DNA of 64,000 nucleotides. Source: Bacteroidota bacterium. Lineage in GTDB: Bacteria; Bacteroidota; Bacteroidia; Bacteroidales; FEN-979. The stretch covers positions 41,620-105,619 of the forward strand of contig JAPLDH010000045.1 of the NCBI GenBank assembly GCA_026391355.1, in the 5' to 3' direction. The translations under genes were made by a program, and so were the position numbers. The notes below the pieces were generated by a model that saw only the letters and a program-made list of their open reading frames with translations, searched no databases and was not told the origin of the DNA. Shown here in pieces: positions 56,824 to 64,000 of this stretch (positions are counted from its first letter, which is position 1; every line of letters starts with the position of its first letter).

Positions 56824-58287
56824 TTATTTCACTACTATGATCTTCATATAATCCTGATGTCCGCTGACATTCATGCAGCACAAATAAGTTCCGGGGCTGA
56901 GATGGGTAGCATATGTTTCAGTTTTGTATTCACCAGCCTGCAATCGTTCATTGAGAACCGACTGAATTTTTTTTCCATTCAGATCAATAATATCGAGCTT
57001 AACCCAAGCGGGTGTTTTAATCCGGAATGGAATGGTTGTTGAGAATGCAAATGGATTCGGATAATTTGGAAGTAATTCATCCTGGGAAGGGATAATACCC
57101 GAAATGGGTTTTATTCCGGCATAGATTCCATGGGGCCCCGGACCTGAAGGTGTGTAACCATGGCAAACATCACATTTTTTCAGGGTTCCGGCAAAACCCT
57201 GTAAGGCAAAGTTCTGGAGATTATCCTCCGACCTGGAACTGGGAAGAATGGCATGTGGCGAGTTATGGCATGTGCTGCACATGAGGTTTCCCATTCCTCC
57301 TTTCGATTGACGGAACAATAAACCGGGTTGTTCGGCAAAATTAGCTCCATGACATGAAGTTGCTCCACATGATGGTTCCTGCAACCAGGGTGTTCTTCCC
57401 CCTGCAATGGTACTCCCGACATGAGCTACGTTACCATGACAATCGGTGCACCATGTGCCAGCAGAGTGCATGGTATCTCTCAGGCACTGGGTATTGGGAC
57501 CGGGATGACATTTATAGCAATCAGTTGTAATAATTCCTCCATGGGCTGAATGGATTGCCTGGGAAAAGATTGGAGCACCACCCGACCCGGTGGTTCCCAA
57601 TGCCGGATCTGCATGACAACCGGCGCAAAAGATAGGCCTGTTGTTGATATTGAAGCCGGATACACTTTCATGAGCCTGGAGAATATCCATTTCGCTGGTG
57701 TGACACCCTGAACTGACACAGTTGATCTCGTTAGATACAGGAATTGTATTTAGTGTGGTTGCCAGCACCTCTGCCCCGGAATTCATGGCTGTTATTAAGG
57801 TTAACTGATAAGGGTGTTCATTAACGAGATCATTATCGGGATAAGGTGTCAGAGGAATTCCCTGAACATGATAGAAGTTGTTTGAATCAGCCATAGTCCC
57901 GCTGAGGCCATACCCTGTTAAACCGATATTATCGGGAAGGTTTACACCAAAGATCTGGAAAGCATAGGTCCAGAAATTTGTTTTCCCGATGGAATAGGTA
58001 TTTCCGGGTATCTCATAGGTCACAGAGATCCCGCTGGTAGCCGGATCCATTATAACTGGTGCAGCAGTAGATGATCCCTGAAGGATCACATGTGCAGAAA
58101 TATTGTTATAAGGTGGCAAAATGCACATATTACTGAAATCCTTGTTTGCACAATGCATACCCAGGTCATTCCAGGAAATTACATTATAATAATCTGTTGA
58201 CGGGGCTTTTGTGTGCTTTGGTGAAAAGGCAACCAGGAGCAATGTGATCAGCAATCCTGCTATTATAAATGTAAAAATCTTTTTCAT
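56824..58287 (-). CDS. secreted multiheme c-type cytochrome (7 putative heme sites) with T9SS C-terminal sorting domain
   Basis: Signal peptide (MKKIFTFIIAGLLITLLLVAF). Five CxxCH motifs (CAGCH, CYKCH, CTDCH, CSTCH, CDVCH) and two Cx4CH motifs (CVSSGCH, CGATSCH) lie between residues 190 and 376 (nt 57160-57720). The last ~83 aa resemble a T9SS CTD (LLPNYPNPFAFSTTIPF...GTYLCCMNVSGHQDYMKIIVVK). Confidence 0.8.
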   Translation of the reverse strand: MKKIFTFIIAGLLITLLLVAFSPKHTKAPSTDYYNVISWNDLGMHCANKDFSNMCILPPYNNISAHVILQGSSTAAPVIMDPATSGISVTYEIPGNTYSIGKTNFWTYAFQIFGVNLPDNIGLTGYGLSGTMADSNNFYHVQGIPLTPYPDNDLVNEHPYQLTLITAMNSGAEVLATTLNTIPVSNEINCVSSGCHTSEMDILQAHESVSGFNINNRPIFCAGCHADPALGTTGSGGAPIFSQAIHSAHGGIITTDCYKCHPGPNTQCLRDTMHSAGTWCTDCHGNVAHVGSTIAGGRTPWLQEPSCGATSCHGANFAEQPGLLFRQSKGGMGNLMCSTCHNSPHAILPSSRSEDNLQNFALQGFAGTLKKCDVCHGYTPSGPGPHGIYAGIKPISGIIPSQDELLPNYPNPFAFSTTIPFRIKTPAWVKLDIIDLNGKKIQSVLNERLQAGEYKTETYATHLSPGTYLCCMNVSGHQDYMKIIVVK

Positions 58288-58332
58288 AATTACATTTAGT
58301 TAAATAAGACATTAAGCTTTAGAAATTTAGAT

Positions 58333-58363
58333 ACAAATATAATAATTTTGATATTATATTTGT
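58333..58363. promoter_or_regulatory. 12-bp perfect inverted repeat containing TAnnTTTG boxes, upstream of the cytochrome gene
   Basis: ACAAATATAATA (58333-58344) and TATTATATTTGT (58352-58363) are exact reverse complements with a 7-nt spacer. The minus-strand reading of the left arm gives TATATTTG 47 nt upstream of the cytochrome ATG. Confidence 0.35.
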
Positions 58364-58386
58364 GGAGAAGGTACTCCTCAAAGAAA

Positions 58387-61300
58387 TTAAATCCACTTCA
58401 CTAAATTAAAATCCTGACGGTGAGGGAGAAGTGGATTTTTAGGAAATAGCCTGAACACATAATTATATACACCAGGCTGATCCAGAGAAATATCACAAGT
58501 ATAGGTGACTTTGTTCTTTTCAGAACTTTTCAGGGTCATTTCATAGATCTGGACGGGTTCAGCGATCTCATCGTTTTCTTTAATTCCAAAAAGGACTTCC
58601 ACGCCCAGGTCAGTGCCGGAAAGTTCATTCATGTCAAGAACCATTTCAGCACTGAACGTTTCACCAAGCACCAAAGGTTTTTGTGTGGAATCAGGGATAT
58701 TGAGTGATACGACTTCTATGCTTTCCCATCCCCTTAGCACATTTCGTTTCCAGGAGGCAAGGTGGCGTGCCATCTCGAAGTTTTTCTCCTTGATTTGTAT
58801 CGACCTTTGAATGAGTGGGTTATAGAACATCCTGATATAGTCATCGAGTTGCCTTTTCATTGTATAATGCGGAGCAATTCCCGAAATTGTATTTTTAATA
58901 TGGGCAACCCATTTTACCGGTACTTTTTTGGTATTAACATCAAAATAAAGAGGTATGATCTCTTCCTCAAGCACAGTATAGATCGTTTCTGCATCAAGAT
59001 CATCCTGGATAAGAGAGTTACTGTAGGTGGCCTTTTCAGGTATAGCCCAGCCTGCATTTTCTCTGTATCCTTCTGCCCACCAGCCATCGAGGACACTGAA
59101 ATTGACTACGCCATTCATTACCGCTTTTTCCCCGCTTGTTCCGGAGGCTTCCATTTTTCTTTCCGGTGTATTCAACCAGATATCAATGCCCTGAATGAGA
59201 TATTTTGCCAATTCAATATCATAGTTTTCCACAAAAAAGATCTTTCCCTGGAATTCAGGCGTTTTTGAAATCTCATAGATACGTTTGATCAATTCCTGTC
59301 CGGCCTGATCCTGAGGATGAGCTTTCCCTGCAAAAATAAATACGACTGGTTTTTCTTTGTTGTTGACTATTTTTGAGAGCCTTCCCGGATTGCTAAACAA
59401 CATGTAGGCTCTTTTATAGGTAGCAAAGCGGCGTGCAAAGCCAATCGTCAAAGCATTATGAGGAATTGACTCCTTTATACTAAAGATAAGTTTCGGGTTT
59501 TCATTCCTGCGTGTCATTTCTTCATATACCCTGTTTAGTAAATATCCCACAAGGTGACTTTTCAATACGAGCCTGATTTTCCAAATGACCTCATCATCCA
59601 CGTTTTGAATGGTCTTCCAATAGTCAGGATTTGACTGATCACTCAAAAAGCCCTCCCCGAATTGCCGTTGGTAAAGTTTCTGCCATGCCATTGCAGTCCA
59701 CGTAGGATAGTGAACTCCATTTGTAACATACCCGATGTGTAATTCATTTGCATAATATCCCTGATAAAGTTTCTGAAACATCTGTTTTGTAACCTCGCAG
59801 TGAATGCGGCTCACTGCATTGATCTCCTGGGATAATTTGGCAGCCAGGATACTCATTGAAAACTTTTCGTCGGGATCGTTTTCGCTTATTCTTCCCAGGT
59901 TAATAAACTGTTCCCATTTTATATTGAGGCGTTCAGGATAATGGGAAAGGTATCTTCGTACAAGATCTTCCGTGAAAGTATCATGTCCGGCAGGAACCGG
60001 TGTATGTGTTGTGAATAAGGTGGATGACCGTACTACTTCCATTGCCTGGTAGAAAGTAAGTTTATTATTCCTGATCAGGTTACTGAGTCTTTCAATTCCA
60101 ATGAAAGCTGAATGACCTTCATTGAGGTGATAGATATCGGGATGGATGCCAAGGAGGTCCAACAACCTGATCCCCCCTATTCCCAGGAGGATTTCCTGCC
60201 TTAACCTGTTTTCCGAATCGCCGCCATAAAGCTGGTGGGTTATTACCCTGTCGTTTTCTACATTTTCATCAATATCCGTATCCAGCAGATATAAAGGGAC
60301 CCTGCCAACATCCACCCGCCAGACTTTGGCATACATTGTTCTGCCAGGTAATGCAAAGGTGATCTTCTGCCAGTTATTATTCTCATCCCTGACAGGGATC
60401 AGCGGCAGATGTGCAAATTTCTGCGGGCTGTAGGAAGCAATCTGTTCCCCGGTTATTGAAATTTTCTGCTGAAAATAGCCATACCGGTACAAAATGCCGA
60501 CACCAAGAATATTGGAGTTTGAATCGCTGGCTTCTTTAAGATAATCTCCTGCCAGCATTCCAAGACCTCCTGAAAATATTTTAAGGGTATCGTGCAGACC
60601 AAACTCCATACTGAAATAGGCAACTGTTTCTTTGGGCTTCCCAGCCGCTTTTTCCATATAACTGTCAAAATGTGCGAGTACTGCCTGAAGTTTACCGAGA
60701 AACTTGGTATTCTGACTTAATTTCTGCAAATCCTGGTAGGTCAGGGATTCAATTAATGAGATTGGGTTGTTTTTATTTTTGGCCCATTTCTCCTTGTCAA
60801 TCATCTCAAACAGTTCAGATCCTTCAGGATTCCAAGTCCACCAAAGGTTTTTTGTAAGCATGAGCAATCCTTCGAGGTTTGCAGGTACGCTCGGTTGAAT
60901 CAGTATCTTCTTCCATTCGGGTTTTGCTTCGATGGCTTTACTGATAGAGACTGCATGAACCTGTGGTTGTTTACTCCTGAACAAATCGCTTCTCAGGGAG
61001 ACTTTTTCGAGGGCATGTGAGTATGCCTCATGATAAAAATTCACAAAGTTTGTCCAAAGAGCCAGCCGGGAGATATCATACGCCTCTTTACGCATTTTGA
61101 GGACCTCTTCTTCCGATTTGAGGCAATTGCGCTGAACTGTTTTTACAATTTCATCTGTAACGTAAGCATCATTGTTATCATTTCTGTCGATAATGGTGAT
61201 ACCTTCACCAGGATTGGAGTTACTGCTGTTGACCCACTGACCAAATCCGGCAAGCGTGGTCGTTATCGTAGGTATATGAAAGGCGAGACTTTCGAGAGGG

Positions 61301-62634
61301 GTGTATCCCCAGGGTTCATAGTATGAAGGAAAGATCGATCCATCAAAACCGACCAGGAAATCATAGTAACTGAGGTTGAAGATACCATCCATACCATTCA
61401 GGTACGCCGGTACAAATAAAACTTTAACACGGTCTTCAGGACGATTGTGCAGATCGTTCATCTGGATCCTTTTCAGGATCGGGTCATTCTCGGGTTCGTG
61501 CAGGCCATGAGTAAGAAATTCATCCACGACCGGTTCAGTGAAATCTGCTTTATCAATCCTTTCCAGGAGTTTTTGCCGGGGGCCTGTCTGGTATGCAGGG
61601 ATGGTCAGGAAAGCGATGATATTTCTTTCAAGTGGAAACTTATTCAATCTGCCAAGTGAATCGATGAAAAGATCAATTCCTTTATTTTTAAACTCATATC
61701 TGCCGCTGATAATAATGAAGATGCTGTTTTCCGGAAGAGGGTGGTTAACCATACCCTCCGCAACCTTCATGAGTTTCAGACGTGCTATGGCCCTTTTCTC
61801 ATAGTAGAGTTCCTTTTCAGGAACGAATGTATCTTCAAAGCCGTTGGGTGTAACAACATCTACCTCTTTTCCCAGGAACCGGCGACATTCATTATTTGTA
61901 ATCTGGCTGACCGTTGTAAAACTATCCGTTTCCTCTGCAGAAAGTTTTTCAAGCGATTGTTTGGCGATAAGGTTAAAGTATTCCGCCATCTTATCACCGT
62001 CGTAATTCGCCAGATCACGGTACAAAGGAAGTCCATTACCAGCAATAGCCCGGCCGACAGCAGTGGCATGCGTTGTAAAACAGGTGCCCACCTGGGGAAC
62101 CTTATTCTTTAAATAAAGGATCCCTGTCCCAGTCATCCACTCATGAAACTGAGCAATAATCCTGTCGTGCTGGGAAAGGTTGAAATTGTAAAAGCTTTCG
62201 ATAACCTTCCCTGCAGCATATCCGAAAAGTGCAGGTTCAATGTAATCCCAGCCCCCTGTGAGGGAATCCAGCTTATAGGTTTCCCATAGCCAGGCAAAGA
62301 TGGCATCCTTGTCAGAAAAATAGGGAGTAAAATCAATCAGAATAACAACCGGTTTCGAGAGGATATTCCAACGGCCCACTTTAATCCTGAACCCTTCACT
62401 CTCTGCTTTCAGTCTCCATGCTTTATAAAGAAATTTATCTTCAAGGAATTCCGGATTCTGATGGGTTTCTTTCCAGACATCCGGGCCAATAAGGATATAA
62501 TTATCCTTTAATTCCTTGACTAATGTAAGTGTTTTGGTGGATATGACGGTGTAGATCCCACCGACTTTATTACAGACCTCCCAACTCGTTTCAAAAAGAT
62601 AATCAGGTTTTATAAGAATACTGTCGTTTACCAT
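58387..62634 (-). CDS. fusion protein: GT3 (eukaryote-type) glycogen synthase + GT35 alpha-glucan phosphorylase
   Basis: N-terminal ~560 aa (nt ~60960-62634): FETSWEVCNKVGGIYTV, FHEWMTG and YYEPWGYTPLES (E-x7-E) are GT3 hallmarks. C-terminal ~840 aa (nt 58387-~60930): NLWWTWN (DUF3417-type N-terminus), GGLGMLAGDYLKEASD and EASGTSGEKAVMNG (PLP lysine) are alpha-glucan phosphorylase hallmarks. It is one uninterrupted 1415-codon frame. Confidence 0.88.
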   Translation of the reverse strand: MVNDSILIKPDYLFETSWEVCNKVGGIYTVISTKTLTLVKELKDNYILIGPDVWKETHQNPEFLEDKFLYKAWRLKAESEGFRIKVGRWNILSKPVVILIDFTPYFSDKDAIFAWLWETYKLDSLTGGWDYIEPALFGYAAGKVIESFYNFNLSQHDRIIAQFHEWMTGTGILYLKNKVPQVGTCFTTHATAVGRAIAGNGLPLYRDLANYDGDKMAEYFNLIAKQSLEKLSAEETDSFTTVSQITNNECRRFLGKEVDVVTPNGFEDTFVPEKELYYEKRAIARLKLMKVAEGMVNHPLPENSIFIIISGRYEFKNKGIDLFIDSLGRLNKFPLERNIIAFLTIPAYQTGPRQKLLERIDKADFTEPVVDEFLTHGLHEPENDPILKRIQMNDLHNRPEDRVKVLFVPAYLNGMDGIFNLSYYDFLVGFDGSIFPSYYEPWGYTPLESLAFHIPTITTTLAGFGQWVNSSNSNPGEGITIIDRNDNNDAYVTDEIVKTVQRNCLKSEEEVLKMRKEAYDISRLALWTNFVNFYHEAYSHALEKVSLRSDLFRSKQPQVHAVSISKAIEAKPEWKKILIQPSVPANLEGLLMLTKNLWWTWNPEGSELFEMIDKEKWAKNKNNPISLIESLTYQDLQKLSQNTKFLGKLQAVLAHFDSYMEKAAGKPKETVAYFSMEFGLHDTLKIFSGGLGMLAGDYLKEASDSNSNILGVGILYRYGYFQQKISITGEQIASYSPQKFAHLPLIPVRDENNNWQKITFALPGRTMYAKVWRVDVGRVPLYLLDTDIDENVENDRVITHQLYGGDSENRLRQEILLGIGGIRLLDLLGIHPDIYHLNEGHSAFIGIERLSNLIRNNKLTFYQAMEVVRSSTLFTTHTPVPAGHDTFTEDLVRRYLSHYPERLNIKWEQFINLGRISENDPDEKFSMSILAAKLSQEINAVSRIHCEVTKQMFQKLYQGYYANELHIGYVTNGVHYPTWTAMAWQKLYQRQFGEGFLSDQSNPDYWKTIQNVDDEVIWKIRLVLKSHLVGYLLNRVYEEMTRRNENPKLIFSIKESIPHNALTIGFARRFATYKRAYMLFSNPGRLSKIVNNKEKPVVFIFAGKAHPQDQAGQELIKRIYEISKTPEFQGKIFFVENYDIELAKYLIQGIDIWLNTPERKMEASGTSGEKAVMNGVVNFSVLDGWWAEGYRENAGWAIPEKATYSNSLIQDDLDAETIYTVLEEEIIPLYFDVNTKKVPVKWVAHIKNTISGIAPHYTMKRQLDDYIRMFYNPLIQRSIQIKEKNFEMARHLASWKRNVLRGWESIEVVSLNIPDSTQKPLVLGETFSAEMVLDMNELSGTDLGVEVLFGIKENDEIAEPVQIYEMTLKSSEKNKVTYTCDISLDQPGVYNYVFRLFPKNPLLPHRQDFNLVKWI

Positions 62635-62645
62635 AACCGGATATT

Positions 62646-64000
62646 TCAGAATAAAGATTTAATTTCCTGCTCAATTTTCTTTCTGTATTTTGTCACCTCG
62701 GCTGTTTTGATAGTTTTTATCTGATCAAGAAATTCATGATACTTCTTCAGTGCAAGTTTCCCAAGGTTCTTTTCAATTTTTTCCCTCACTGCCTGATGTG
62801 CACCTTTTGTGGCATACGTAAGGGTCATGAGGTCTACCTTTTTTACCATTTCCTTGATCTTACGGTCAGAAAGATCAAGGATAGAGTCAAAATTCAGTGA
62901 TTTAAAATTTCCCGTTACTATAACAGACGCTGCTTTTTTATCATCTGTTTTTACTGTTTTTTTTATCGATTGTTTCCGGACAACCGACTTGGTCTTTTCA
63001 ATAGATTTCCTGCTTTGCCTGACCGGTTCATCTATTTTAAGCTTCCGGGTAACCTGTTTTTGTGCAGGTCTTGAGAAATCTTTTTCCACCCGGAGAATAA
63101 AATCTGAAAGTACATTCATATAGTTGATGAATGCTTCATAAGGAGATGGGTAAGGATTAAAATATTTATGAATGGTACCATCTGAGAACCATTTGGTACA
63201 CATATAATAAAAATGGTCTGTTGTCTGGAGCAACCGCCAGTCGTGTAAAATTTCCGTATCCTGGCACTTGTTCATCTTCTCCTGAACAGAATAGAGTTTT
63301 TCGAAAGCCTCGTCCTGTAATTCATTTCCGAGCCATGACGTAAGGTCCCGTTCTTCATCTGCCCATGAAATGGGATGAGTGACATGTATCGGAGCGACCG
63401 GCTGAAGTTTTTCAGAAATTTCAGAGGGGGTACTAAAGATGTAATCTGATTTTGAAAAGATGGTCTTCGGCAGTGCCTTGAAAAAGTCAAAAATCCCTGT
63501 CTCTTTCCATTGCCTCTCCCCTATTGTTTCATAATCAATAAAGATATTGACAACCTCTTCCCTGGATTCAATCTTGTTGAGCCAACCGACAAATTTCTCT
63601 GTGGTGAGTGGCCATTCAGCCCAAGAATGGGTTGAAAACCGAAAACTGATATCATCACTTAACCGGAAATTCCTGAGGAGAATCTTCAGCTTTGGATTCA
63701 GGGAACTGCAGTACAAGTAGTTCGGGCTTTTCCATCCTAAAATATGTTTTGCACCTTCGGTGATCATTGTAGTAAACCCCATATCGGTGATCATTTCACC
63801 GATGCGGTCGGAATAGATCAATTCCGTATTCCTAAAAGTTTTGGGTTTCTGTCCAAAATAGCGTTCAATGGTATCAGAATGAAGTTTTACCTGGTTTGCA
63901 AACTCTTCTTTATTGCTAAGTGATGAAAGCGAGTGGGCATAGGTTTCGGCCAGGAATTCCACGCAACCGGTTTTAGCAAGTTCCTTGAAACTCTGTATCA
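62646..64000 (-). CDS. glycoside hydrolase family 57 protein (5' end outside window) with Lys-rich linker and FliG_C-like C-terminal domain
   Basis: The frame stays open to the window edge (...IQSFKELAKTGCVEFLAETYAHSL), so the GTG at 63962 is internal. GH57-like DYETIGERQWKETGIFDFF and HPISWADEERDLTSWLGN. The C-terminal 80 aa (62649-~62890) match the FliG C-domain pattern. The stop lies 11 nt before the GT3-GT35 start. Confidence 0.8.
   Translation of the reverse strand, partial: IQSFKELAKTGCVEFLAETYAHSLSSLSNKEEFANQVKLHSDTIERYFGQKPKTFRNTELIYSDRIGEMITDMGFTTMITEGAKHILGWKSPNYLYCSSLNPKLKILLRNFRLSDDISFRFSTHSWAEWPLTTEKFVGWLNKIESREEVVNIFIDYETIGERQWKETGIFDFFKALPKTIFSKSDYIFSTPSEISEKLQPVAPIHVTHPISWADEERDLTSWLGNELQDEAFEKLYSVQEKMNKCQDTEILHDWRLLQTTDHFYYMCTKWFSDGTIHKYFNPYPSPYEAFINYMNVLSDFILRVEKDFSRPAQKQVTRKLKIDEPVRQSRKSIEKTKSVVRKQSIKKTVKTDDKKAASVIVTGNFKSLNFDSILDLSDRKIKEMVKKVDLMTLTYATKGAHQAVREKIEKNLGKLALKKYHEFLDQIKTIKTAEVTKYRKKIEQEIKSLF

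Noticed and set aside
1-64000. Whole-window scan for CRISPR arrays, defence islands, transposases, integrases, prophage genes, rRNA/tRNA genes and riboswitch-sized leaders.
   Set aside because: - No spacer-repeat periodicity is present.
- No ORF has recombinase, nuclease-helicase or phage structural motifs.
- Every intergenic gap is under 380 bp.

The window is core chromosome, so I do not claim a defence or mobile system.

Overview
This window looks like a core-chromosome segment of a low-GC Bacteroidota genome, probably an anaerobic Bacteroidia-type lineage. The taxonomic call rests on four things: three proteins ending in type IX secretion (T9SS) C-terminal sorting domains, the bamD-rpoZ-coaBC-DUF4835-recN synteny, a eukaryote-like GT3 glycogen synthase, and recurring TAnnTTTG -7 promoter boxes with no Shine-Dalgarno sites. 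Coding density is about 93% and almost every gene is recognisable housekeeping:
- Replication and repair: gyrA, dnaA, recN.
- Proteostasis: clpC, lon, an M48 peptidase.
- Fatty-acid and electron-transfer metabolism: fabI, fabG, and an etfB-etfA-FeS-FeS-acyl-CoA dehydrogenase operon.
- Cofactor and amino-acid synthesis: coaBC, dapA, serC, serA.
- Translation: rpmE2, prmC, rpoZ.
- Envelope: bamD, an LTA-synthase-like sulfatase, an ABC/ABC-2 exporter.
- Secreted peptidases: one M14 and two tandem M1.
- A glycogen module at the right edge.

I found no rRNA, tRNA, CRISPR array, transposase, integrase, prophage or recognisable defence genes, so this is not an accessory island.

The items most worth a second look are single-gene or operon-level oddities:
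1. A 487-aa protein with seven c-type heme-binding motifs, a signal peptide and a T9SS sorting tail, which suggests a surface-attached multiheme cytochrome.
2. A 1415-aa in-frame fusion of a GT3 glycogen synthase to a GT35 alpha-glucan phosphorylase.
3. The GH57 gene just upstream of that fusion, whose last ~80 residues align without gaps to the FliG C-terminal domain motif, in a phylum that lacks flagella.
4. An Etf operon that includes a membrane heme-b/Fe-S protein and a CCG protein, which may form an Etf:quinone oxidoreductase.
5. A perfect sigma-54 core promoter (TGGCAC-N5-TTGC) upstream of lon.
6. An alpha-oxoamine synthase (SPT-like) gene coupled to a polytopic membrane protein with a triplicated basic N-terminal repeat.

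All functional calls come from motif recognition by eye. No searches were run.
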